From assembly GCF_009914755.1 (NCBI RefSeq), contig NC_060928.1: DNA of 64,000 bases; one strand, given 5' to 3'. The stretch is from the human T2T-CHM13v2.0 reference genome, Homo sapiens. The number at the start of each line of letters is the position of its first letter. Position 1 is the stretch's first letter. Under the pieces are notes generated by a model. It had not been told where the DNA came from and ran no database searches. It saw only the letters and a program-made list of their open reading frames with translations. This document shows positions 13,411-27,977 of this stretch, piece after piece. A program made the position numbers and the translations under genes.

Positions 13411-15671
13411 TATGTCTAATCAATCACAATTATAACAATCTCTGATGGCTCATTTTTAATATTTCTTGAAATTCATTTCTTATCACTTCCACTGAGGCTC
13501 CACTGAGCCTATACATTAGTCTACATGATAATAACGCCTGGCTTAGTGTAACAGTCTCCTGGTTTGCCTCCCTACTTTCAGTTTGTTTTTCTTCTGAATT
13601 TTCCTGCATATTATTTTTCAAATGTCACACAGTTGGAGAAAATCAAGAAAAGGCTCATGGAGGTGAATAACAAGATGGGTCTGATGTTTGCACAGAATGT
13701 TGATGGATGGCAATGGCTAGGGAGGCTCAGATGGAAGAACAAAAACACAAGGGGAACATGTAGGAAAAGACATGCTCCAGTTTCCCATAGTGTATACTCA
13801 GTCACTGTTTAAAAAGATCATTAGGCAGAGACACATGACATGATTGGCTTAACAAAGGAAACCCTATAAATCCAAGTAGGTTAAAATGGCAATACAAGGC
13901 CAAAACTAGACCAATAAGTGCTCTAGAAATTCAGAAGAGGAAGATAAACTCTTTCCATTGTCAGGCAACCTAAGGATGTGGGAAAGGGCACAGCATCTTT
14001 GGGGACAGTGTAAGAGCCCCTCTGCTCTAAGTCTGTAGAGACTGAGACCAGACAGCAGGAATTAGAATGCCTAAAAACATTTACAGTTTATCCCCTACGT
14101 GATCTGTTTCCAAATTTTAGCTTGCATAAGAATTAGAGGAACTTATAACAACATCCCTCTAGTGAGATAATTAACTATTTGTTGAGGAAAATGTTACCAT
14201 TAACCCATTTTGTCACTAGAAATAAGTCAAGTAGCACTGTACTGAAAGAAACAGGGACTAAAAAAAGATTATCTTTCTAATAGATCCCGTTAAAGAGAAA
14301 ACAATTCCTTAAAAAATAACCTACACACCTATAACAAGGATATAGTTAACAAGTAAATATTTCTGGTAGAATAATAGAAAAAAATAATTCCCCAGAGGTG
14401 ATCAAAATATACTTAACAAGCAAAATACTATGTCACTAAAACCTCAGAATGTTGTAGTTTATCTAATGGCTGATTTATAATCTAGTATGAGATCCCAAGA
14501 AAAATCTTGTAATTTTTAACACTGTAGAGCTGATTTTTATATTTGTCTTGCAACAGTACAAGATAAAGACAATAAAGAAAAAAATACTCAAATGACAACA
14601 ATGCTCAAAATGCCTGTGTTTTTCAGAGTATAAAATTTTCCTTAAGGAAAGAAATTTTAAAGCATCCCTTGAGCCTGTAACACACAGGTATCTAGGGCAA
14701 GTCTGTCATTTATCTACCAATTTGAGACAATGAAACGATCACAGGGCAATTCTGCCCACAGCTGGGTGAAAATGGGGGTGAGTTAGATTTCTTTGCAGGG
14801 GATAAAATATCAAGGCTGTTTGGATCATGCCATTTTCTGTGATATAATGAAGGAGTCCTTACAGAGACATGATTGGCGGCCTCAAAGAAAGTGGAAGAAA
14901 CCTAGGGAATGTGTAACTGTGCACGCTACCTCCCAAAGGCCCAACCACATGCTCCTCAAGTGCACATTTAAACATTAAAAGACCCAACTGTTCAGTTCTC
15001 ATAGCTGTTAACACCGGGTCACCCAGCCAAAATAGTGGCTATGGCCACACCTATGCATCCCTTTTGCTAGAAGAGTCACAACAGAAACTCTCTCTCCTTT
15101 TAGGAAACACCAAATCCAGTGTTTCTGTTTTTTTTTTTTTTTTTTTTTTGCCAAAATGTAACCAACCATCTAGACAATAAATGGATGAAGTGTCACAGAA
15201 AATAACAACTTAAATTTTTTTAATATTAAGCTAAATGATTTGCAATATCTCATTTTTATATGAACTTTTTAATTTCAAACCAAGCTGCATCATTTTCATT
15301 GCATCAATAACTAAAAACGTGAGAGGTCCTCATCTCTTCACTGCAGTTGAGATAAGCTTTAAAAGAACAAACAGAGGGAAAGAGGGAAAAACAGTCCAGT
15401 TTGACACAGTTACTAGAAATTATCTCAAATGAAAACAATGGTAGTGCCAGCAACAGTTTTATGGCATGGAAGCCTGTCTCACTCCTGAGTAGTTTTCCTC
15501 CTTATTTCAATCAAACCAGAAAAGGTTACAGGTGCTGGAGAAAACCAGCAGTGAGATTCCATCAGCTATAGAGACTACCTTCTACTCAACCTAGGCAACG
15601 AATTGTCTTAAGACTCAAATGTACAAGCAAACTAGAAAAAAATAGTAGCTAAAACAGAAAACAGCTTTTAA

Positions 15672-15968
<297 letters not shown>

Positions 15969-16533
15969 AAAACGGCTTTTCAAAAATATTCATCCAACCA
16001 TCTTGCAAACCTCCAAGAGATGTGTTTATACCGATTTGATGCTCTGAGTCACTGCAAAATGAAACCAAACAATTAACACCTCTCTATATCTTCCATTATT
16101 CTCAGCCATAGAGCATGCAATGTGTGTTATGTTGCAGTATGTGTTACTGTCTAAAAGCATATATTCTTCTGTCCTGCAGCAATAAAGAAGCAATATATAA
16201 AAAGAAGCCTAAATATCTATTAGAGCCACAGGTATTGCCAATATTAGGGGGTGGAAATCTCCAAATAATGAGAAAATTATGTTAGATTATGAGCTACAAA
16301 AAAGAGCATGTGGTTAAATCTTAAAATTAGTGTGTTAAGAGAAAGTACATACTTAAGACAAAAATCATCTGATTTTAATTAACTAAGCATATGGTAATAT
16401 ATTTATTAGTTGCAACTTCAAATTCTTTTCATGTTGAGAATCTACCTCCTATTCTTAAAAACCAAACTGCTTGCTTATTTTACTCTTCGTATGCATAAAA
16501 AAGCAATTTTTGAAAACTGTAAAATGTATTTAC

Positions 16534-16603
16534 CTTCTCATTATTGTAGTAAGAAATGCTAAGGCCATCAAATTTCACCCATCTCTTTTGAAACATGCGT
16601 TTT
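16534..16603 (-). CDS. ARAP2: ARAP2 exon 7 (70 nt, c.1488-1557): PH1
   Basis: Acceptor ttttgcag|AAAACGC, donor AAG|gtaaat; encodes (G)KRMFQKRWVKFDGLSISYYNNEK. Confidence 0.95.
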
Positions 16604-17856
16604 CTGCAAAACATATGAAATTGTTATTTTACATTCAAGTAACATGAACTTAGATTGTTAAATTCATTTGTAATGTAACCGTGTAAATATATTATTATTT
16701 AATGTTAAACACCATAGACAACAATAGGCTATGATAATACACAGTTTTGGCCATGGCACATAGGAAAAAATAGCATAATAGTACTTTCTAATCAGTTGAC
16801 CTAGGAATTTTTTGTTAATGACAAAATTAACAGCGTTGTTGCACACATTTGTAAGGTTCGGTGCACAACAAAATGTGGTCAGAAACACTGTCACTGAACC
16901 CATTTCTAATAATAAAGATAATCCTTCCACGAAGATAATATAAGCTTTCATCCCTCATTAAGCTTATATATCTATTTTATTTTCCCTTGATTTTTGTTTT
17001 AGGGCATAAATATCTTACTAAAATAACAAGGCTTTGTCAATTGGATTTACATGGAAAACATATTGAATTTTGATTAAGCTGAAAAAGACCTGAACAAATA
17101 TACAGAATCATTTATAAGCATTCAAAATTCAGTGAAAGATTAGTATATTTTTTAAATGATCATATGAAAGGCAAAGGTAGTTTAAAATGGCTACTGACAT
17201 GAAAAACAAAAGCAAAAAAAGATATCACATGTTGCAGGCTTAAAAGAAAAAATAAACTATTTTTCTGACTATATAAGGAAGAAGTGAAGAACTGTTTTTA
17301 CTTAGGCTTGCTTTTTATTTTTATTTTATATTCTCCTTCCCTGAAGGCAGACAACCATAGGTACTTTTGGTCTTTAACACAGAAAACATACGAAAACGAA
17401 CTTCTTATTTTTTAAAAAATTTAAAAAATATTATTTCTAAACAAATATCAACTCTGTCTACCTTGTGCTTTTGCAATTTTCTGAAATGTTTAAAACAAGG
17501 AGTTGGCATAACTTTTCTTGGCTCTCAGAAGACAATAGAAAAAGAACTTCAGGAAGTGTAGAGAGCTTGTCTCTGGGCTGGTTCCCCAGCCACACATCTA
17601 TTATGCAAGTGAAACACAGCAAGCCTCCCAAATTAATTGTTAGCAAATATGTTCTGCATAAGATAAAATTATACCAAATCTGATCAAATATAAAAAATTT
17701 TTGAGATTCTTTACTGCAGACAACATTTTCACATATAAGCATTGAATTAATTATGAAGTAATAAGAACATGTAAATTTACATGTAAATATCTTAAAAGCA
17801 TATAACCACTTCATATTTAATTCTAATTACAGAAAAAAAATATAAAATAAAAATTT

Positions 17857-18130
17857 TGGCCAGGCGTGGTGGCTCATGCTTATAATCCCATCACTTTGAG
17901 AAGCTGAGGTGGGTGGATCACTGGGCAACATGGCAAAACCCTGTCTCTACAAAACATACAGGAAAAAAAAAAATAGCCAGGCATGGTAGCGCACAACTGT
18001 TGTCCAAGCTATTTGGAAGGCTCAGGTTGAAAGGATCATTTGAGCCCAGGAGGTGGAAGCTACAGTGAGTTACGACTGCACCACTGTACTCCAGCCTGGG
18101 CAACACAGTGAGAGCCCCATCTCAAAAAAA
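17857..18130 (+). mobile_element. AluJ with a deletion in the left arm
   Basis: ggatcac joins directly to tgggcaacatgg; AluJ-type right arm (gagcccaggagg). Confidence 0.9.
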
Positions 18131-19749
18131 ATTACTTTAAAAGCATATTACCACAACTGACCACCCAGCCCTCTTTCCATCTTATTTTTCATCTTTCAGC
18201 TTCTAGAATTTAACTTTTCTTGGCCTGTCTGCAATGGGTTTTCCTCACTTTGCAACATCCAACACTGTTAGAGCCATCTGGTTTTTACTTTTTCTAGCAA
18301 CACAGGGTTCCTTAAATTCTCAGCATTAAATGTTGAAAGGTAAAGAAATATTAAGCAAACACAATAATTATACACTGGATAAATTAGTCACTTTTTGCTC
18401 ATTTCATTTTATCTCTTCCACACTTAAAGGCAGAGAAATACATACCTTCTAACACAATCCAAACAGTAATTCAGTAAATCAAGATTTTGCTTTGGGACAC
18501 AACCCACTTCACACTGGGAATGACAGTAAGCTAGAGCTCAATTACATATATAATCTTCCATTTTAAGATAAAAATAATTAACATCTGTGGGGGATAGAGC
18601 CCTTAGGGCCTCCCATTACCCCACTATTCCCTTTGCTGACTCCTTATCTTTCAGTTACATCTAAACCAACTACAAAGAAATCCCTTCCCTGATGACCCGA
18701 TCCAAAGTGGATAACAAAGTTATTCTCTCTCTCAATACCCTCTACTTTTCCTCATAGCACTTAACACAACCTCTAATTTTATATATTTGCTTATTTGCTT
18801 AATGTTTGTCTCCCACACCAGGTCTTATGCTTTACAAGGACAATGTTTATTTCCTTCTGTAGGATCAGCAAGTAACACAGAGAGGAATATGGCACTGAAA
18901 AAGAATTTGCTGAAGGAATGAGTGACATGATTAAAAGCACAGTCCTTCTGGCACCATGGGTGGGATAACAGACAAATAAAAACTCAAATGATCAGCACTC
19001 ATATAATCAGCATCTTTTAAAAGAACGGTTGAGGGAATGCAAGAAAACTTCAGAACACGCAGAATTAAATTCAAAGTTTTGAAACCTGCCAAAACATCAA
19101 GTATAAAAGGTTTACAACCTATTTTCACATGTCTTACTTAAGATTAACTGCAGCCACTCCAACACTTAAAACTTTCTTAGAATTCCATCACCATCTTGAT
19201 AGACAGTTTGTGTCTGAGGCATCATCCAGTTACTTAATATTTGTGTCCACAGAAAAAGGAGGAGGGGAAGAGGGAGGGCCGATAGCTTACTCATGTGTTA
19301 GGCTTAAGGATCAGTCGAAGATGCAGCATCTGACTAGCTACAACTCCCCTCTCAGGCACTCATAATGCAAAGGACACACCCTACCACTGGCTCTCTGAGG
19401 AAAATCTCAGCCTCTGAGAGAATCAGCTCCTAAGATATTCTCCCAATTATTTTAATTTTTTTCAACTGCCAGGTGACTATTTGATGTCTTCATCTATTTT
19501 TAACTCAATATTTTTAAAGATTATTAAATCTCTTTAACATTCTATGAAGGGACAGGTAAATAAGACAAATCCCAGCCCACAGTGAAATGGAATGAGAAAC
19601 CACAGGGTGTAGCAGATGAAAGAAAATGAAAGAACAACTGCCCTACAGGTGGAGAAAGCTATTCTGCACTCCTACCATCGAAAGTTGGCTTCTGTGGTCA
19701 CGCATTCACCCAGTCAGCCATCAAAATCTGTGGGTACATACTCGGTGGA

Positions 19750-20295
19750 CACCACTCTCTGGCCGCACTGCCTCTCTTCTCCAGACTCTTTCTTGCCTCA
19801 TGGCCTTCCCATATGCCATTGTCTCTGCTTGGAATGCTGCCTGCCTGCTCCTAACATGGCTGGCTCCTTCTTATTCTTGAGAGTTCATCTTTAACGTCAT
19901 TTCACCAAGTGACCATTCCTGACTATGCATAGATCATTTAGGTCTCTTTGTTCTCTTGCTCCATTTCTTTACTTAATGACACTAAGCAGAATGTGTAATG
20001 ATATATTTGTTTTGGCTTCGTATACCACCCATACTAGATTTCTTTTTCTTGAGCCTTCCTTATCTTTTTGCAAAATACGCATTTTATTGATACATATTAA
20101 TTGACATACTTACAGGGTAAATGTGATATTTTGATATACGCATACGATGTGTAATGATCAATCAGGGTAAATATATCCATCACATCAAACAGACTTTGAG
20201 ATCCTTGAGTACAGAATCCATTTCTGTTTCGTTCATCAATATAAAACCAGTGACTATCATAGTTCCTCACGTACAGCGAAGAAACGAATGAATGT
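19750..20295 (+). mobile_element. L2 3' end with a nested minus-strand L1MA tip (about 20082-20190)
   Basis: ctctgcttggaatgctgcc...aacgaatgaatg; the insert starts ttttattgatacata. Confidence 0.6.
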
Positions 20296-20440
20296 ATTTT
20301 TCACTGAAAGATATTTACTTGAATTTCTATCGTATAAATATAGAAATAAACACTACTGAAAAACTTCATCCTTACTTTTATTTTTGCAAATATTAAAAAC
20401 CAGATTTTTATATGACAAAATAAACACTTTGTAAAACTAC

Positions 20441-22155
20441 TGTTGCAGGATCCTCAGGGTGTTGCTTTTCTGGCCAGAAGCCTCTGTGGCTGGTGGCACC
20501 TTTGCCTGAGTTCTGCTCTGGCCCACTGGGTTTGTTCCATCCATTTGGCTTGAGCAGGCTGTGCTCAGCTCACGCTACCAGCCTGGATCCCATCACTGCC
20601 AACGGCAAGCCAGGTGTGGAGCAGTGAGGGGTGTGTGAGCAAGTGAGCATGGGGTCCAGCCACTGCACACAGTGAGGCACCCCAGCTGCTGCAGCGGGGC
20701 AGCCAGCACAAGGTGTCTGCATGGGTGCCGGCTCTCTGCAAGGCTGCAGCTGGACCAGGCACACCAGAAGCAGCTTCCACAGCTGCCACCAGGAAACATG
20801 GTGGCGGCTGGAAGCTTGAGACTCCAGGAACTTAAGAGGTCCAAAGAGGGAGTCACAGCCCTGCCTCAGGGAGCTTCCAGGTCTCGGTTCCCCGAAGGGC
20901 CGCAGCTCTTCTCTCCTTGTTTTCACCCATAACATGATGAGAAGGCGAAGTGTTTCAGCCCTGTTTGTGTTACAGCTCTTTCAGCCCCGACATCTCCCAG
21001 GTCCCAAGTTCTTGTGCTGTGTCCAGAAAGAAGGAGGTACGCAGACAAGTGGAGGGTGAGCAAGGCGAAGAGGAGCTTTATTGAGTGATAGAATAGCTCA
21101 GAGGAGGTCCTGGGTGGGGAGCTCCTCTCTGCAGGCAGGTCATCTGATGTCTGCAGCTATCAGCAGAGGGTAGGCCCTGGCCATGGGTAGCTCCTCCCTG
21201 CAGCTGGTCGTCCTGATGTCTGCGCAGCTCTGGCTGATCCGGGGGCTTTTATGGGCCTCAGGGGAGGAAGTGCGCACCAACTGGTCCATGGGCAGTCATA
21301 GGCAGACCCAGAAAAGGCACCACAAGTTCCTACTGTGGTCTGCAGGACTAGCCGGCCCCTAACCTTTAGGCCCTCCCTGGCCTGAAGGTGGGGACTCACC
21401 AAGGACCTGCCCCCTTCTGCCCATGGCCCAGCTTCACCTCCTGCTGCTGTTCATGGCGCCCAGGCTGTTCATGTCAAGAGGTGTCTGCAGGCCAGTGCTG
21501 AGTTGACCTCAGCGCTTCCTTGGCTTTCCTCCCTCCCATGCTCATCAGGACCCAAAGTCCAGAGTGGGGCTGAGGCAGCAGGGAGCTGGCATGTCAGCAC
21601 TTCCCCAAGAGTGCACAGATCCAGATGGGCTGTGACAGTACCTGGCCCGGGCCCCAATCTTGCTCTGAGATAGGAGCAGACACTGGGAGCAGGGAGAAGC
21701 CAGGCAGTTGGAGCAGACATCTTTGAGCTTTCGTAGGTAGGGGGTGGCCTTCTGGTCCCCAAGAGTGCAGAGATGCCTGGCTCTGCAGCCCTGACTTGGG
21801 CAGAGGCTGCTGCAACTGGGAACACAGGGCTCCTGCCAGCTTCCAGCCTCCACCAAGAGCACAGGGAGGCCTGGACTCATAGCCACGACTTGGGCATCTG
21901 TAGCTACACCCAGGAGAGCAGGACTCCTGTCTGCTCCAGTGGGAGGCCTGGAGTGGGAGGCCTGGGTCCCACAGCCACAGCTTGGCAACTACAGCTGCAC
22001 CCGAGGAGCTCCCACCTTACCAACTCGGAAGGGGCAGGGCTCCCACTTGTCCTTGGCTCACGCCATCTCTGTAGAGTATGCAGCCCTGGCCACACCTCTC
22101 TGCTGCAGCCAGTGTCATGGCAGCAGCGGCTCCAGATGGGTCACCACTGCCATCA
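20441..22155 (-). mobile_element. MER52-family (ERV1) solo LTR, full length, sense to ARAP2
   Basis: Minus strand reads TGATGGCAGTGGTGACCCATCTGGAGCC...TGCAACA (TG...CA termini), 1715 bp; 4-bp TSD ctac at 20437-20440 and 22156-22159; CATAAAA at 21253-21247; AATAAA at 21082-21077. Confidence 0.88.
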
Positions 22156-22254
22156 CTACCTTGTTATTAAAAAATGAATAAATAAGAGCCTACAGAAAGC
22201 TTGAAAAGTTTACCATTAATTTCCATGTAATTTCAAAATACATTTTAGAATTAA

Positions 22255-22548
<294 letters not shown>

Positions 22549-22562
22549 AAATTAAAAACTTT

Positions 22563-22942
22563 TTAACCAACATCTCACCCTTAACCCCACCTCCCAGTCC
22601 CTGTTAATCACCATTCTACTCTGTTTCTATGAGTGTATTTTTTTTAGATTCCACATATACATAGATACCACGTAAAGGTTACAAACTTTCAGTTATAAGA
22701 ATAAATTCTGGAGATCTAATATACAGCATGGTGACTATAGCTAATAATGTATTGTACACCTGAAATTTGCTAAGACAGTACATCTGAAGTGTTCTTATCA
22801 CACACACACAAAAACAAACTCTGTTAGGTGACAGTTGTTATTAGCTTCTTTGTGTTAATTATTTCACAATATATAGGGATATCAAATCATCACATTGTAT
22901 ACCTTAAACACATATAATCTTTGAAAATCACATCTCAATAAA
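22563..22942. mobile_element. L1MA9/10-like 3' end with a 5' inversion
   Basis: About 22563-22660 is antisense and 22673-22942 is sense, ending aataaagctggaaacaaaaagaaaa. Confidence 0.75.
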
Positions 22943-23201
22943 GCTGGAAACAAAAAGAAAAATTTAAATATGGTTATTTAAAATGTATGCAATTTGATAC
23001 TCTCCTATTTAAAAATGTTAAATAACCAATTTATTTTTAAACCTAAATTCATATAAACATTGAATAATCTATTTTCATTAAAACTATCAACATTCAATTA
23101 GTTGTTTTCCACATGTGAACTTCAATACTGAATTCCAATAATTAGTTAATTAAAGATAAAACTTTACACTTATATCTTTTCTCAGCACTATTCCCTTTTT
23201 T

Positions 23202-23513
23202 ATTTTTGTTTATTTATTTATTTTTTTTTTTGAGACACAGTTTTGTTCTTGTTGCCCAGGCTGGAGTGCAATGGTGCAATCTCAGCTGACCACAACCTCC
23301 ACCTCCTAGGTTCAAGCCATTCTCCTGCCTCAGCCTCCTGAGTAGCTGGGATTACGGGCATGCACCACCATGCCCAGCTAATTTTGTATTTTTAGTAGAG
23401 ATGGGGTTTCTCCGTGTTGGTCAGGCTGGTCTCAAACTCCCAACCTCAGGTGATCTAGCTGTCTCGGCCTCCCAAAGTGCTGGGATTACAAGTGTGAGCC
23501 ACCGTGCCCGGCC
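23202..23513 (-). mobile_element. Alu (AluSp-like)
   Basis: T-rich tail, gttcttgttgcccagg, ends cccggcc. Confidence 0.95.
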
Positions 23514-24049
23514 TCCTCTTTTCTAGCACATGGAAAGTTAGATTAATTCATACTGGTAAACCTTACAAATTAATCAAAATTTCAACTAAATAATAAAAGG
23601 AAAAGCTTGAGAAGTCCTGTGCTTCTAACTGCCCATGTAAAATTAAATTAATAAATATCAATGATTACTAAATGTTTAAGAATTTTCTGTGCAAAAGTTC
23701 AATACTCCTCTCATGTGTTTTTAAACATATATTCACTATCCGGCAACTAATTTCATTGTAATTACATATAATTAATACATACACTATAAGAATTTGCCAA
23801 AGTACTTCGAAAAGTTTTCTCTGAAGTTGTATCTTTAAATTTCAATTACTAGCTTAATTTGCTTCACAAATTTTAAAAAACAGGAAAAGATAATGTATAC
23901 AAGACAATGCCATCTTAGCCTATGTTCCGGCTACCATACAATACAAATTAGATCTGAAATAATGATGCGTTATTACACAGAAAATAGATTTAAAGTTGCA
24001 ATCAATAAAGAAGTTATTTGGTACTACATTTGGTAATAAAAATAGCAAA

Positions 24050-24265
24050 CACATAGTCCTTTTTTCCAAGAACTGTGTAGAGCCACACACAAATATTAAC
24101 TCATTTAATCCTCCAGACAAACATGTGAGACAGGTAACATTATTATATCCATTTTAGAGTTGAAGGCACAGAGGCAGTGGTTGCTTAAATAATATGTCCA
24201 AGTCATACAGGTAATAAAGAACATATCTGGGAGTGTCTTCCCAAAGACTGCTCTTAACTGCTATA
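24050..24265 (-). mobile_element. MIR
   Basis: ttaactcatttaatcctc...attatatccattttagagttgaag core. Confidence 0.65.
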
Positions 24266-26262
24266 CAAAGCAGACATTAGTACATTTTATAGCTAAGTAC
24301 CCAGGACATCCCTGTAGGTAGTAATAACATTTGACCTCTACATTTTATATGTGAGTTCAGTCTTGCAAAGTACTTCAGAATTCCTTCAGGAAAAAAGGTA
24401 AAGCAGACATGAAACACATTAGCCTGAGTTTTATCTCATTTTGTTTTTAGGGTTCTGAAGGGAAACATTTATTTAAGAAGCTTTTTTCGAATAATTTATT
24501 AGACTTGTGCAGTATTATTGAACATATTTCTATAAACTCTTCCCTTGAGCTCTGGTAGGGCAGGTGGTGTAAAGTTTCAACTGCTTTCATAAAAACAGCT
24601 TCACCATCTGGTATCAGTTTTTGTTGTCTCAAAATGTGTTTCTTAAAAATTATTTTTTAACAACACTGTATACACACACAATTAAATCTCTATTTATGAA
24701 GTACTCACACAGAGGCACTCTTGTTTAATTTAATTCCTAAGTGCCAGCAGAGTTTTTTTTTTCAAGATTACATCTTTAAGCTTAAAAAACAAATCCTAAT
24801 ATCTAACAAGCATGCTAACTAACCAATGATACCAATCTAAGGTGTGAGAAGCTACCAAATTGTCACCTTTAAAAATCACACAATTGGAAAGAACATCAAA
24901 GACATTAAGTCAAATTTATGGCTTTTATTAATCCTGCCATTTAAGGCAATGAAAAACATACTTCTCAAATATTCTAAACAATCTCAAAGGAAAAAGTATA
25001 ATCACCATGCTGTTCCAGATTCATCTGCCTTGTTTACATAGCCCTAAAGAATCACAGCATATTTTATGTTATTCCCTCCTCTAACCCTAACGAGACCCAA
25101 TATTTTCTAGGACTACAATCTCCATACGTATTTATTTTTATTTATCTAATTACTCATTTTTATTCAGCTATTTATTTATCCAATTATTCTTTTAAGAAGC
25201 AGAAGACTTTTAAACGATACAGTAACAAAATATTTTAGAGAGAGAAAGATGCAAGGAATTACTAAAATATTTCTATAAAATGCCAGCACTTCTCTATTCT
25301 AAAGAGCACTTTCTCACTTTTGAGCAAACCAAAATAGCAATTTCCAAGATTATATGAACCAAATGAGCTGGGGCCAAAAAACGAAAATAAAACAAAAAAA
25401 GTATCTTCAATCTCAGCTTCCATCTCTGCTATATCTACATCCTAAAATGAGAAGAAAAAAAAAAAGGTACTCAACATAAAATTCTAGGGGCTAAAAAGAT
25501 TCTTGGAAGTCAATGATAAAGCCTGAATTTTAGTGTGCAACTACCAATTTTAAAAATATCTACAAAGAGCTTAGTGCTTTCATAAAGTGGTGTATAAAAA
25601 GCTATGTTAAAAGATTCACACTTCTTTATTTTATGGAGTCATATTATATAAAATACAACGTGAACCAGCTTCCAGTTAAAAATCTCAGTTAAAAGCTTGC
25701 ATTTACTTCTACTCCTCCCCAAACCTCACTAAAAGACATCAAAGGGTTAAGAAATAAATAAAAATAAATAAATGCCTGCAAATCAACACTGACCAGAGAA
25801 GTCGAGGACAGTAACAATATCTAGAAATCTGGAAACAGAAGGAGAGATGTGAACTGATCGCTAATCCAGCATTCGATTAAATTAAGAGAAAAACACATTT
25901 ACTCTTGCATTACCTCTGAAAATCTCAGGAAATAGATACCAAGTAACTCTGGAAGTGACTATGAAAGTGAGGGTGAGGTGCTGATAATGGATATATTGAA
26001 AGGCAGTTTAAGATGTAGACTTGCACTCCAACATCACAGAATCCTTCTCCCCTACTTCTCACTGTTGGAAAACTGTCTCTCCACCTTCACTCAACATAAT
26101 AGTCTAGTTTTATTCAATGGAGAGAATAAAACAGGAGGTTTTGGGGCTGGGAGACTCAGGCATGGCTATATTAAAGCAGAGGAATCAAATAAAAGTCTAC
26201 ATCATAACTATCAATACTCAAAGTCCACTTTCCCACATGAGCCACCCAAAAACTGGTTACCA

Positions 26263-26608
<346 letters not shown>

Positions 26609-27667
26609 TCATTTAAAAGATACTAGCATCTAGCATGAGGCTTCTGTATGGAAATACATTACTAAAAAACCTACCATGATCGTCTTACAAGAAACAAATA
26701 GCAAGGCCCATCAGAGCCTACGGTGCTTCCGATCAGTTTTGCAGTATTTTACTCTAAATTGACAGCTCAAGATTAACATAACATTTGAGAAAAATACCAC
26801 TAAGGTAAAAGATAGGGACAAAACCACTCCTCCAAAAAGTTAAAAAGAAATAGACTCTACAGGAAAGCGTCAAAAAAAAAGTATTAGTATCTTCAGAGAA
26901 GTAAAAGGATTTATTTGTGAAAAAGTAACACTATGCCATAAAAAGAACAGTCAAAAGAACATGTTTTGTATGTTAATTACAGTATAACAACAACAACAAA
27001 AAAAACTGGGTTAGGAAACACAACTGAAGAAACTTCCTAGTGAGCAGAAAGGGAAAATGGAAAAGCTGGATTTTTATCAGTGTTTCAGGGCAAGAAGTCC
27101 AACACCAAACTATCAGGAATTCTAGAAAGAAGAAAAGTAATTGAAGAATAAAACAAGAAAATCTCCAAGAACTGAAAAATAGGCTATGTATAAAGTATCA
27201 AAAATGAGATTTCTCAATATTACCTCTAGATTACTATGGATCTAGAATACAAATTACTGATCTGGAGAAGTATTATTTCCAGTTAAGATTTCTAAAACAT
27301 AATAAACCAACAATAACAATGTTTAGGGGGGAAAAAAAGACATCTTCAAACATGGAAGATCTGAAAACATTGACTCCCTATCCTCCTTTTCTCAGGAAGC
27401 TTCAAAGAGTTGTGCTTTATCTAAAGAAAAGATGGAAAGACAAAAACACTAGAGAGAGGCATAGAGAATCCCAAAGATGATACAAGGGAATCCCAAGATG
27501 TTAGTGTGCACTCGGCCTGGGGAACAACCAGCCCAAACTAAAGTTTTCTTAGCGGGCTACAGGATGATGAAATTGATAGGTATATTTATTTTGGTTACTT
27601 CAGAGATTCATATGTTGAGGAAGAATTTTCAGATGAATGAGTACACATATTAAAAATTAAGCAAACA

Positions 27668-27946
27668 GGCCGGGCACGGTCGTTTATGCCTGTAATCCCA
27701 GCACTGTGGGAGACCGAGGAGGGTAGATCACGAGGTCAGGAGTTCAAGACCAGCCTGGCCAAGATGGTGAAACCCCGTCTCTACTAAAAATACAAAAATT
27801 AGCCAGGTGTGGTGGCAGGCGCCTGTAATCCCGACTACTCGGGAGGCTGTGGCAGAGAACTGCTTGAACCCAGGAGGTGAAGTTTGCAGTGAGCCAAGAT
27901 CAAGCCACTGCACTCCAGCCTGGGCAACCGAGCGAGACTCCATCTC

Positions 27947-27974
<28 letters not shown>
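27668..27974 (+). mobile_element. Alu (AluSg-like) with a pure A28 tail
   Basis: Full dimer; TSD aaaaat(t/c)aagcaaaca. Confidence 0.95.

Positions 27975-27977
<3 letters not shown>

Noticed and set aside
20565-22181. Dense overlapping ORFs (up to 147 aa) and high GC, resembling a gene or CpG island
   Set aside because: Essentially confined to the MER52 LTR; CpG-depleted; long ORFs are expected at this GC content; no domain similarity seen.
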